Part shown: positions 1 to 10,719 of the stretch, piece after piece | How the letters are laid out: each line of letters begins with the position of its first letter | How positions within the stretch are numbered: the first letter of the stretch is position 1 | Assembly: GCF_036365525.1 (NCBI RefSeq) | Contig: NC_090399.1 | Location: 32,148,430-32,212,429 of the forward strand | Source of the DNA: Heterodontus francisci | Lineage: Eukaryota | Reading direction: 5' to 3' | DNA length: 64,000 nt | Notes under the pieces: generated by a model | What the model saw: the letters and a program-made list of their open reading frames with translations, nothing else | What the model was told of the DNA's origin: nothing | The model's database searches: none | Made by a program: the position numbers and the translations under genes

Positions 1-244
1 TCTATCCATGTAACTGTAATAACTTAATTCCTGGAACCATTCTAGTAAATCTCTTCTGTACATTCACCAAATCCTTCATGCCCTTTCTAAAATGTGGGGC
101 CCAGAATTGGTCTCGATTCTCCAGCTGGGGCCAAACTAGTATTCTATAAAAAGTTTTTAGTATCACTTCAGGGTGAATGGTGTGATAGAATTTTTAACAT
201 CCTGATTTTAATTACCGTAATGGGGAGAATGAAGGGAGAGGGAC

Positions 245-1082
245 CTTGGAGTCAGTCGTACAGCACAGAAACAGGCCCTTCTGCCCACCGTGTCCATGCC
301 GACCTTAATGCCTATCTATGCTAATCCCACCTGCCTGCATTCATTCCATATCCCTCTATGCCTTGCTCATTCAAGAACCTGTCCAAATGCCTCTTAAATA
401 TTGCTACTGTTCCTGCCTCCACCACCTCCTCTGGCAGCTCATTCCAGATACCCACTATTCTTTGTGTAAAATTTACCCCTTTGATCCTCTTTAAACCTCC
501 TCCCTCTCACCTTAAATCTATGCCCTCTAGTTTTAGTCAGCCCTACCATGGGAAACAGACTCTGGCTATCTACCCTATCTATGCCCCTCATAATTTTATA
601 TATCTCTATCATGTCCCCTCTCAGCCTCCTTCGCTCCAGGGAAAACAGACCCAGCCTATCCAATCTCTCTTTATAACTCAAGCCCTCCAAACCAGGCAAC
701 ATCCTTGTGAATCTTTTCTGCACCCTCTGAAGCTTAATCACATCTTTCCTGTAGTGCGGCTACCAGAACTGCACACAGTACTCCAAATGCGGCCTAACCA
801 ACGTTATGTAGAACTATAACATGACGTCCCAACTCTTGTACTCAATGCCTCGGCCGATGAAGGCAAGCACGCCATACGCCTTCTTCACCACCCTGTCTAC
901 CTGTGTTGCCACTTTCAGGGAACTATGTACTTGCACCCCAAGGTCTCTCTGCTCAACAACACTCCCCAGGACCCTGCCATTCATTATGTCCTGCCCTGGT
1001 TTAACTTCCCAAAATGCATCACTTTGCACTTGTCTGCGTTAAATTCCATTTGCCACTCCGTTGCCCCCTTTCCCAGTTTATC
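245..1082 (-). mobile_element. CR1-clade LINE (HER1-like) 3' fragment
   Basis: ORFs 814..1029 and 439..741 give the CR1 ORF2 C-terminus (RDLGVQVHSSLKVATQVDRVVKKAYG, LERVQKRFTRMLPGL, LERRRLRGDMIE, TRGHRFK), followed by a CR1-type 3' UTR. Another small CR1 piece lies at 1-110. Confidence 0.9.
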
Positions 1083-1254
1083 TTGGCTTAGCACCACTAG
1101 ATGAGGACAACACCTCAGCACTGGGCTGTAGTGCCTCTTATTCTGATTTCCAATCTCGAGCCACAACCTTCTGACTTGGAGCTGAGCTGCCAACGTGACA
1201 TTCCTGAGCACATACCAGCTTTGTGTTGGTCCTGGAAATCTAACCAGATGCTGT

Positions 1255-1520
1255 GACCTTTTACCACCTAAAAGGACAAGGGCAGCAGACACATGGGAAC
1301 ACCACCACTTGCAAGTTCCCCTCCATCCTGACTTGGAACTATATCGCCATTCCTTCACTGTCACTGGGTCAAAATCCCAAACTCCCTCCCTAACAGCAGT
1401 GTATGTGTAGCTACACCACACACTCTAGTGGTTCAAGAAAGCAACTTCTCAAGGGCAATTCAAGATGGGCAATAAATGCTAGCCTTGACAGTGATGCCCA
1501 CATCCCATGAACAAATTTTT
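1255..1520 (+). mobile_element. 3' end of second LINE family (family B, CR1-group)
   Basis: Same 3' sequence (HTILTWNYIAVPS-type frame; tail gggcaatt...gatgggcaataaatgct...gcccacatcccatga) as the longer copies at 39468-41634 and 31040-37630. Confidence 0.8.
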
Positions 1521-1815
1521 AAAAAGCCAGAATCTGATTCCTGTGTCCATATTAATTCTTAGATTGTTACAATAACTGTGTTCAAAGAGAATTTGATTTG
1601 AAATGGAATAATATTGGGCCAAACCAAAGTGAAGCTTCAGTGAAGTGATGAAATCTATTGGGAATGTGTGTCCAGGGTACATTGAGTGTGGAATTGATGA
1701 GAATGCACTGTCCCAAGTTGGTTTTCACCTCGCCCAGTTTAATTTACCTAAGTGTGCTTTTGTGTTCCATGAAGCTGCAACAACAAACTAACATTGTTTC
1801 TGTTTTCTCTTCAAG

Positions 1816-1838
1816 GAGATTAGCTCTTGGAGGGACAG
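1816..1838 (+). CDS. TRIM gene 23-nt linker micro-exon (EISSWRDR)
   Basis: ttttctcttcaag|GAGATTAGCTCTTGGAGGGACAG|gtatgt. A 23-nt exon ending in phase 2 is typical of class IV TRIM genes, and it splices in frame to 2552. Confidence 0.8.
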
Positions 1839-1934
1839 GTATGTATTGTCAATAATGAACTATTTCTGATGTAGCAGTTCCACATCCCACTGTGTTCTCT
1901 AATCTGGATCCTATAGTGTCAACTCACTTCACAG

Positions 1935-2510
1935 ATAATTTGCCTTCTTATTGCAGGGGTTTACAATACAAGAGTGAGGGGGTCTTGTTGCAATTGTACA
2001 AGATTTTGGTGAGAGCTCACCTAGAGTGCTGTGTATGGTTTGAGTCTCTACCAAAGAAGCTATTTGCCTTGGGAAAGGTGGAACAAAAGTTAACAGGATT
2101 TAATTTCTGCTATGAGTGTTCTCTTATGAGGAGAGATTGAGTAAATTGGACCCATACACTCTGGAGTTTAGAAAAATGAGAGCTGATCTCAGTCTTGTGC
2201 CTCACTGAGGGAGTGTGACGGTGGATGTGGAGAGTCTAGAACTAGGGGGTGTAGTCTCAGGATAAAGGAGCAGTCATTGAGGACGGAGATGAAGAGAAAT
2301 TTCTTCTGAGGGTTGTGAATCTTTGGACTTCTCTGTCCAAGGGCTGTAGATGCTCAGTTGCTGAATATATTTGACTTTTTTAAATATTGGGATTCTAAGA
2401 AATCAAGAGATTGGGTGGAAAAGTTGAGGTTAAGGGTCAACCATGGTCTTCTTGAATGGCAGTGCAGGCTCAAGGGGGTGTATAGCCTACTCCTGCTCCT
2501 AGTTCTTGAT
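1935..2510 (+). mobile_element. Old CR1 3' fragment in TRIM intron
   Basis: RGLQYKSEGVLLQLYKILVRAHLECCVWF motif and a decayed CR1 3' UTR (ctactcctgctcct). Confidence 0.75.
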
Positions 2511-2551
2511 CTTCTGTCCTTGTGTTCTCTGACGATATTTAATGTTGGCAG

Positions 2552-2661
2552 GTTTTCTGAAGAGATGCCCGTTGCTATGTCTGGGAATGTGTGCCTGGGG
2601 ACATACAAAGGACCTTTACAGTATAAACTATGGAGGGAAATGAAGGAAATCCTCCATCCAG
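2552..2661 (+). CDS. TRIM gene pre-PRY exon (FSEEMPVAMSGNVCLGTYKGPLQYKLWREMKEILHP)
   Basis: ttggcag|...catccag|gtaaat, 110 nt. LGxYKGPLQYxxWREM is typical of TRIM35/39/69/A33-like proteins. Phases match both flanking exons. Confidence 0.88.
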
Positions 2662-3892
2662 GTAAATGAATAAATGGCATTGCCTCCACCAGTAATCCTG
2701 TATCCAGGTCAACAGGGGTGATCTAACTCCCAGCCTGTGTTCAATTGTAAATGATTCTTTCCCGAGTTATGACTGTATTCACTTTCAGTGTTTGTGGTTT
2801 GACACAGAAACCCTCAACATTCGAGGTTAGGTTGGTGAGGTGGATGAAGGGATGTGTGATTAGGACTATTCCCTCATGGAGGGAGGACAGGAGGGAAAAT
2901 ACCAATATGAATTGACTGGGCTGACTGTAGCTTGTATGTGGGAGGGTGGCAGTAATTTTATTTAAACTCTTTACACTCTAGCATTTAAATACAGTCCCCA
3001 CTGCTTACAGTTTGTGCTAATGCAGTTTGCCCTCTATACACAGTGGATGGATTGTCCCAAAGTTGTGACTCTAATAAATCTAAACATGGACACATACATT
3101 CCTTCGAAGGAACCTGTCTGTCAAACATAGTACTTCACATAGAAATGGCATGCTCTGGCTGAATCTGTGTCACCTGTTTGTTGTAACTTTATCACAACAA
3201 TGTCCTGCTTAAGGACAACAGAGGACCCTGAATTCTAAAGAAGCTTGGCAGGGGGAGCAGATGATATGACAAAAAGCAAAGATTAAAAATAGTCTATTAC
3301 TTTAAATGAAGAAAGCTGGTTGGATTATGTGTAGTTGGGCTGTTTCTGCACTGAAAGAGCTGGTGTGTGGAACACATTAAGCGGTGACTTTGTAATTGAC
3401 GATGGCAGCAATGGAAATTGATCAGTGCTCTTTGCCCAGTTGAAGTGGTGCAGACTGTGTGTCTTTTACTGAGATCTGTGGGGCTGCTGTTCTTCTACCG
3501 GGGGCCAGTTTGTGGGGAACTGGGTCACAGCAGTTGGGGGGAAATGCTTGGTGATTTCTGACCCCTCCCCGTACTCAGATTTCTGAGGAACTTTCTTTTT
3601 AGTGATCAGAAATGAAATCTATTTTACAATGTGAAGTAGTCTTTTTTTTTAAAAAGTCCTCTTCCAATTTCTCAAATTGGACAGTGTCCTCTCTGACGGG
3701 AGGAAAATGATGAAATATTTGTCCTGTAGTCCATCCCCCACACACTCTCTCTCAATTAAAGTGAGACTCACTCCACTCCAGTAAAGGAACAATTGGCTCA
3801 TTTTCCCCCTCCCCCAAGACTCAATCACTGTCATCCCTTGGTCATCTACTGATGAGGGGAAACTTCAGTAACCCATCAACTTTTTTCTGCAG

Positions 3893-4437
3893 TTCCGCTC
3901 GCTCTGACCCTGGACCCTCAAACAGCAAATCCTTGGCTGCTGCTGTCTGCTGACCTGACCAGTGTGACTGTCATTGATACCAAGCAGCTGCTTCCCGACA
4001 GCCCGGCCAGGTTCGACGTGTGTGTCTCCGTCCTGGCCGCTGAGGGCTTCACAGCAGGGACGCACTACTGGGAGGTGGAGGTGAGCGGCAAGTCCAAGTG
4101 GGACCTGGGCGTGGCCAGAGAGTCCATTAACAGGAAGGGAGACATTGCTTTGAAACCCGAGAATGGATACCTGGCACTGTCCCTGAGCAATGGAGAGCGG
4201 TACTGTGCTCTAACCTCACCGACGGTCACCCCGCTGGCTCTGAGTGTGAAGCCCAGCCGCATTGGAGTTTACCTGGACTACGAGGGAGGCCAAGTGTCCT
4301 TTTACAATGCTGCTGACTTGTCTCATCTCTACACTTTTACAGAGACATTTGTCGAGAGAATGTTCCCTTTCTTTTGCCCCTGTTTGAATGACACTGGTGA
4401 CAATGGTGCTCCTCTCTCACTGATTTTCTTTAGGTGA
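3893..4437 (+). CDS. TRIM gene terminal exon, B30.2 (PRY-SPRY) domain; TRIM39/TRIM69/A33-like E3 ligase
   Basis: Acceptor ttttttctgcag. Translation [18 protein letters not shown]...[25 protein letters not shown]...[14 protein letters not shown]...[18 protein letters not shown]...LYTF...PFFCP contains all B30.2 signature motifs and is open to TGA at 4437. RING, B-box and coiled-coil exons lie upstream of the window. Confidence 0.95.
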
Positions 4438-4600
4438 CGGAGTCTTTAATGATCTGTTCCGCTCTAGCTGCTCCTGGCTCGGTTGTTGTGATTTAAAAAC
4501 ACTTTACTGAGAATGTGTAACTGTGGGTGTGAGACTAGGAGGAATGGACTATTAGAATTGTCTTTCTAACCTAATCTGCATTGCCCAATCTCTACTGTGG

Positions 4601-4678
4601 GAGCCTAGTGGGACAGGGAATGTGTATTGACCAAACTCTACTGTCCATCCAATACACATTCCCTGTCCCACTCGGCTT
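4601..4678. other. Perfect 23-bp inverted repeat (hairpin) downstream of the TRIM stop
   Basis: agtgggacagggaatgtgtattg (4607-4629) and caatacacattccctgtcccact (4650-4672), with a 20-nt loop. The stem extends about 5 bp further after one mismatch. Confidence 0.9.
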
Positions 4679-5144
4679 ACACTCATGATGTTTCAGTGTA
4701 CCTGTGTCAGAGGAATCCCCATCTCTGCTCCAATTAAACAGAAGTTTCATAAATTTCATCCTTGACAAATATATAATTTGCTTCTGGTCTCTTTTCTTTA
4801 CTCTACATCACCCCCTGTCCCCTGGTGTCCATAAAGACTGGTCAACTATCACAATCCAGTTACTCTTTGCACTCACAAGTAGGCCAGCTACTGAGAACAA
4901 TGAATCAACAGGCAGTAACCAAGGAGAATGTCTCACTTCCCAGTGAAACAGCATCTGCAATCCCACTCAATTGGTTCGAACTGCACTATATACAGTTTTA
5001 CACATAACCTAATATTCATGCAGTAATGTTTGTTTGATTTTGGTTTATGGCTATGTGTGCTTCTGTCACACAGACCTCTGCAACCTTTCTTAACCTGGCC
5101 AAGTGCCTGTTACAATTAGGTTAAGACAGCCCTTGTACTGGAGG

Positions 5145-6290
5145 AAACAAGTGTGCAAAGCCCTTAACACAGTTAAAATTACCCTCAATGTCTCTCATAT
5201 TAAAAACATTCCTAATGTCTCCCTTATCCTGATAACCACCTTTCTCTGTGGCTGCATCAAGCTGTGTGTAGCTGCCCCCCCCCCCACCCCCCCTGCCACT
5301 GCACAAATACTAAGTGTCATTATGTGCTGAGGTTCTATCTGTCCCCGGTGTTGTGAAAGATGGGTCTGGCCATGTTGTTGTGGAACGCTCCATTCAGTTG
5401 GACCATGCTGTACTACCTCAACTTTGTGGAAATGTTTGTGCAGAAAAATGCCTTTTGCCACAAGTCCGTCAGCCTGTGGTCCACACACCACATCCTGTGC
5501 GAAAAGGAGATGGTGGATCCTGTCAGGTGCATTCTGTCAGATGTTTCCCCGAGCCGCGTGTCAAACTCATTTTTGCAGAATGCCTCATTGCAAGACGTTT
5601 CACACAAATACCAAGCTGTGGTTTGCCTGGTGCTGTGAAGGATCCTTCCTGCACACTCGGTGTCTCGCTACCTCCGTATGCTGCTCTTGAGGCGGCTGAA
5701 GTGGGGATGAGACCATCCCCCCACATCCTTCTGGAAGGTGCCTTCACAAAGCAGGTCTCGAAAGAGATGCAGTGGTTTTTACCAAGATTCATCCTGAGCA
5801 GCTCCATAACATGGGATTCTGCTGTACGGGCTGTTCCCAGGGGCACACGTCAAGATAAACATTAACTACTGCTGGAGGAACATCAACTTGGTGAAAGACG
5901 CTCTTTGGTCTGCTAACCCTAACGTGAAACTTGCTGGTCTTCCGGTGTAAAAACTGTTGATGAGCGAGTGTTGCAGACTGGCGCATTCCAAGGTCCAGGA
6001 CTATGTGCTGAGGGACACACTAAAGCATAGGGCAGCCACTGCAAAGGCTCAATGGGTAAAGGCCACTGTAAGGTCCTCCCCTCAAAGTGAACTGAGGGAC
6101 TGGAGGCGGTGTAAAACCTCTATATGCAGCAGCGAATGTTTGACACGAAAGGTAAATGCACATTGTAAATATAACCTGTAATGGAAAGTGTCGAGAGGCA
6201 CCTCATGTACTGTATTGAAAGAAACTGATCTGTATTGCTCTTTATGTAATGTACTGAATTGAACCAGTGACCTAAGGATAACTTTAGTTT
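5145..6290 (+). mobile_element. Tx1-clade (L1 group) non-LTR retrotransposon 3' fragment
   Basis: Frameshifted ORF2 C-terminus: PNVSLILITTFLCGCIKLCV, KCHYVLRFYLSP, zf-RVT remnant HILLEGAFTKQVSKEMQWFLPRFI, and CCRLAHSKVQDYVLRDTLK...WVKATV, followed by a 3' UTR. Confidence 0.75.
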
Positions 6291-6359
6291 ACTTTCCGTT
6301 CTTTCCTGTGTACCTGCTAACACTGCAGGATGTGAGCTGCCATTCACCACTCACTGTTT

Positions 6360-6432
6360 GGGCCAGTGGTGCAATGGAAAACATATCTGACTATGGATCA
6401 GAAAAGTGCAAGTTCAACTCCTACCTGGCTCG
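6360..6432 (+). pseudogene. tRNA-Arg(ACG)-derived pseudogene
   Basis: The 73 nt gggccagtggtgcaatggaaaacatatctgactatggatcagaaaagtgcaagttcaactcctacctggctcg align with vertebrate tRNA-Arg-ACG (GGGCCAGTGGCGCAATGGATAACGCGTCTGACTACGGATCAG...TGGCTCG). Changes are mostly CpG transitions; the anticodon is now ATG. Confidence 0.85.
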
Positions 6433-6813
6433 ATGATTTGTGGAAAATTTGCATTCTGACTTCACACAGTCTGCAAGCTGATCTACCTGGTTGTGCTGCC
6501 TGATCACTTGCAGTGCAAGTGCCTTCTTCGTGTCATAAGCAGCGTTTCAGACTCAACATGTGAAGTTCCTGAATAAAACTCCTCAGTAAAGTATCCAGTG
6601 TTGTAAAGCTTTCTTTCCCTTCTCTCACCTCAGCTCTCCATCCTTGCTCCATATAAAAAGAAAGAATCCTTGCTTACTATAACACACCAAAGGATTTGAT
6701 GCCTCTCGACCTCTTCGTCCCTCAGACCGTGGAAACACTTTGGAAGGAAGTACATGCACTGACACCTGACACCACTGCTGTGTCTGATCAATTACCACGA
6801 GGTAAAAGTATAA

Positions 6814-6886
6814 TGGAGAATGTGGATATCAATCCCACTACCGCTCACAGACAAATCGAGTGCTCTATCATTTGAGCTAACTCCCT
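6814..6886 (-). pseudogene. tRNA-Ala-derived pseudogene
   Basis: Reverse complement gggagttagctcaaatgatagagcactcgatttgtctgtgagcggtagtgggattgatatccacattctcca matches vertebrate tRNA-Ala (GGGGAATTAGCTCAAATGGTAGAGCGCTCG...GGATCGATGCCCGCATTCTCCA). The anticodon arm is decayed. Confidence 0.82.
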
Positions 6887-7462
6887 GGTCTGTGTTGACA
6901 CCTCACCCTAACTTGTTTCACAGGAGCCCCTCAGCATCCACCTCCATGTTGCTCTGTGACCAGCAGTGAAATCCTGCTTCGGGTTGACCCGCTGTCTGAA
7001 CACATGAAATATTTTGCTCGGTGGCCGAGCACCAGCCAGACGGAAAGACACAATAACGATGGAAGAAGCCGAGAAGAGCCCGAACTTGTGGAAGGGAAGT
7101 GAGGTGACTGGAAACTAACAGCTGCCCTGAGTGTGAGGGAGCAGTCGAGAGCCCTGTCTGATTGACAGAGACTTCTTTTGCTTTCAAGTGAGTGCTGAGT
7201 GTTTGGATGAGTTGCTGCTCAAAGGAGCCCCCTACTGGCCAGCAGATGTAACTGCCGAAGTGAACCAGCTGTGTGCAGGCTGTTTTCAGACAGGAAAGGA
7301 GGGCTCCTGCACCTTGACAGCAACAGGTTAAACCGCAATCTACTTGTCAAGTTAAGAGCACTGCCTTCAGCTATTTGCTGCTTTTACACACTTACTCCAA
7401 AAAGACATACACTCCTTTGAGCTGGAATTGATTCAGTGACTGAAGGATAGCTCTAATATAAT

Positions 7463-7555
7463 ATAAAATAAAAACAAGAAATGCTGGAAATACTCAGCAG
7501 GTCTGGCAGCATCTGTGGAGAGAGAAGCAGAGTTAACGTTTCAGGTCAGTGACCT
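7463..7555 (-). mobile_element. Penelope-like element terminal (pLTR) fragment
   Basis: aaatgctggaaatactcagcaggtctggcagcatctgtggagagagaagcagagttaacgtttcaggtcagtgacc is near-identical to the PLE ends at 42189-42330 and 55929-56070. Confidence 0.75.
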
Positions 7556-7619
7556 GATAGCTCTAATTTGCTTTCCAGTGCCGTTCACTACTTGTCAAAG
7601 TCAACCATAGAAGGGAAGC

Positions 7620-8400
7620 AGTGAAAACAATTCTCTTTCCTGATTGTTCACCACATGACTTTCAGAGTGTTGTGTATTCACAGAGTAAAACCACATGAGG
7701 TCGTGACAGGGAGCAGCGATGCTGGAACACCTCCAAACAGAGAGGAAGTATAGCAGTGTAGATATTACAATCCAATCAACCAGTTTATCAAAGTATACTA
7801 CACTCCCGAACACATTTTTTACATTAAATGTAAAATGGTACTTGTATATAATTTCCCAGAATACAATAACAATACTCTGAAATTTAACATGTTGGGTTGC
7901 ATGCCTGTTATTACTGTAATCACAACGAAAATATATAGAACCAATATTTCCAAAGTAATTTACAAGATAAAAAAAAAAGTTTTCCCTAAACACCAGTGTG
8001 TCTTCAACAAAAATATCATCATTGACAAGAAATAATGAAAATAATTACTTATTTCTTCTTCCTTCCTACATACTTTCAATGAACCTATCTGGGTTCTTTC
8101 TCTTTCTGTCTGGGTATCTTCTTCCATTTCCATTAGCTTGACTCTGTTCTCCCAACATCTCAGACTGTGGCGACCCTAGGCTTTGACGACCAACTCCACT
8201 TAATGGTTGGGACTGTGAAATTGATTGAACCGTCTTAATCAAAGATCCTGCCTCACTTTGTTCTACCAGTGGATTCTGTGATACCGGCAAACTTTCACTT
8301 TGTGACTTTCACCTTCTTTCTGTTTTTTGCTGGGGACTGTAGGAATTTGGAGTATAGATGTTTCTCATGCTAACCTTTTTGTCAGATTTCCTTTTTTAAG
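7620..8400 (-). mobile_element. Ty3/Gypsy 3' remnant (integrase C-terminal tail, PPT, probable LTR)
   Basis: ORF 8066..8290 ends RRYPDRKRKNPDRF, a common Gypsy integrase C-terminal motif, and is directly followed by a purine tract (aggaaggaagaagaaa). LTR limits are uncertain. Confidence 0.5.
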
Positions 8401-8404
8401 CAAA

Positions 8405-8820
8405 TGATTTACATGATGCTGGACGACAGTGCAGAGGCGTTGGAGGAGGATGGTGTGGTCAACCATGTCAAAGGCTGCAGACAGGTCAAGAAGGACGAGG
8501 AGGGAAAGTTTACCTTTGTCACAGTCACATAGGATGTCATTTGTGACTTTGATAAGAGCTGTTTCAGTACGGTGACAGGGGCAGAAACCTGATTGGAGGA
8601 TTCAAACATGGTGTTCTGGGAAAGATGGCCATGGATTTGGGAGGTGACAACACGTTCAAGGACTTTGGAGAGGAAAGGGAGTTTGGAGATGGGACGTTAG
8701 TTTGCAACGACAGAAGGGTTTTTTTTAGGAGAAGGGTGATAACCGGAGATTTGAAAGAGAGAGGGTCAGAACCCGAGGAGAGGGAACTGTTAACAATATC
8801 AGCTAACATGGGAGCCAGGA
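8405..8820 (-). mobile_element. L2-clade LINE reverse transcriptase fragment
   Basis: Frameshifted MLADIVNSSLSSG..P.SFK..VIT.LLKK, then [52 protein letters not shown]. Confidence 0.8.
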
Positions 8821-9380
8821 AGGGACTCGGCCCCCTCCATCCGAGCACCGTGAAGCTGAGGCCGCGGGGCTCCCAGTTTCTGGGCCGAGCCCGACCCCAC
8901 TCCCTCACCCTGAGTCCTGACTCCTTATCCTAGTCCCTCGGCTGGGCTTGTCCTGACACAGACTGCCAACACCGTCTGACTTGGAGAGAGAGGGAGAAAG
9001 TGAAATAGGTGGCAGTGACCAGGTGGGGAATGGAAGGGAGACGGACTCAATAAAGTGCCTTCAGAAAAAAATTAATTCACACGAGAAGATTTCCAGCATT
9101 TGCAGCATTTTGGCTTTTGTGCGAACATTTTTGATTTCTGAGTCGATGTGAGGAGCTGAGAATCGAACCAGTGAAGGTGGAGGAGAGACTGTGGCTGCAG
9201 TTTCCCCTCCTGTGCTGCAGGGGGTGGTGTTAGTCTCTCCTAGCTTCCCACCCCCTATTCCCGCCACTGGGGATATTTTCACATCCCCAGCGATTCCTGC
9301 TGTCATTCAGCTGATGGAAGTCTGGGGATAAATATTTCATTCATGGTCTGGAAACACTGGGACCCGCCTCTGGGCTGCTC

Positions 9381-10536
9381 TCAGTTGTTTTGTTTATTTG
9401 TTAATTGAATAATTGATGTAACTGGATATTTCACCACACTCTTGACCTGCTCTTTGAACTTGGACTGAGTCACCACATAAGCGCGGCACAGTGGTGCAGC
9501 CTCACAGCTCCAGCGACCCGGGTTCAATTCTGGGTACTGCCTGTGTGGAGTTTGCAAGTTCTCCCTGTGTCTGTGTGGGTTTCCTCCGGGTGCTCCGGTT
9601 TCCTCCCACAGCCAAAAGACTTGCAGGTTGGTAGGTAAATTGGCCATTATAAATTGCCCCTAGTATAGGTAGGTGGTAGGGAAATATAGGGACAGGTGGG
9701 GATGTGGTAGGAATATGGGATTAGTGTAGGATTAGGATAAAATGGTCGGCACAGACTTGGTGGGCCGAAGGGCCTGTTACAGTGCTGTATCTCTAAACTA
9801 AACTAAATGTAGCAACTTAAATTCATCAGCATAAATAAGACTTCTTGAAACATGTAAAGAGAATCATAATCAAAGTGGTCAGCGATGTTAAAGTAATGTA
9901 CAACATACACCAACCACAGAAGTATGAAGTTGCCAGATATGATGAAGAGTAAAATTACAGACTTCCTTCTGCTCTCCATCTCTGGGTCACTGCGATTCTC
10001 TCCCTTGCTCTGACCCCTCAGTCCCTTACGGACTCGACTGGCCACTAAAATGTGTCTGACTGTCAGAGCGTTGAGCAACAGGATTAAAGCAAATGGGATC
10101 AATGGGGATAAAACCATATCAAACCAGTCAAATCCCACCCATCCGGGCTCAGTATAATTCTTGGCTTTCTATAACAGCCCCACGGTATATCGTCAATTAT
10201 CCGTCCAGGTTCATATGTCAAGTAGTTGGTGACATTTTTTAAACAGAGCAGAATGCAGGTTGTTGCTGGAACCACAGCCGCAGTTTCAAAGGTGAAAGTG
10301 GCGGTGAACCAGACAGAGCAGTCTGTGGCTGCACAAATCAGGACAGTGTGAACACAAACACCCAGGGCTGATGTCCAGGAACAATTCCGGTGAATAAAAC
10401 TAATTGATTTTGAACAGTCTGACCCCAGTGATAATGACCAGTAGATCCGCCGTTGCCATGGCCACCAGATAGCGAGTGGTACAGGTGGAGAGGCCGCACT
10501 TTCCCCGGGACAGGATCACAATCGCCAGTAAATTAT
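9381..10536 (-). pseudogene. GPR139-like 7TM receptor pseudogene, exon 2, interrupted by a SINE
   Basis: Acceptor ctctctctcacag|. Translation NLLAIVILSRGKCGLSTCTTRYLVAMATADLLVII...N* (stop), with frameshifts. Later LILLLNALTVRHILVASRVRKGLRGQSKGENRSDPEMESRRKSVILLF, and after the SINE the C-terminus YVVTQSKFKEQVKSVVKYP...*. Confidence 0.88.
9480..9806 (+). mobile_element. HE1-like tRNA-derived V-SINE
   Basis: Head with B-box gggttcaattc, V-domain core tgtgtggagtttgca...ttctccc...gggtttcctccgggtgctccggtttcctcccaca, CR1-type tail gggccgaagggcctgtt, and (ctaaa)n end. Confidence 0.88.
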
Positions 10537-10719
10537 CTGTGAGAGAGAAGGGAAAAGAGACTGAAAATTACTGATCAAACATTCTCCGTGTCTGACCCAG
10601 ACAGTAAGGGCAGGATTTTAGCAACAAAAACAGGAGGGATTGGGGGCAGGTCAGAGGTTAAAATTTAAAAATCTCAACCCCGACCCCAAGGGATCTCTGA
10701 CCTACCCACTCCCCGGGAT

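Noticed and set aside
358-819. Plus-strand ORFs antisense to CR1 ORF2 (also 29700-30534, 49764-50403, 58069-58416)
   Set aside because: These are shadow frames of LINE coding sequence that recur in each copy.
3848-3866. ctgatgaggggaaac hammerhead-like core before the TRIM acceptor
   Set aside because: There is no room for stem II, no helix I and no PLE context, so it is probably chance.
6360-6886. Functional tRNA genes with novel anticodons (ATG, TGT)
   Set aside because: Stems and B boxes are disrupted by many, largely CpG-type, mutations; these are pseudogenes.
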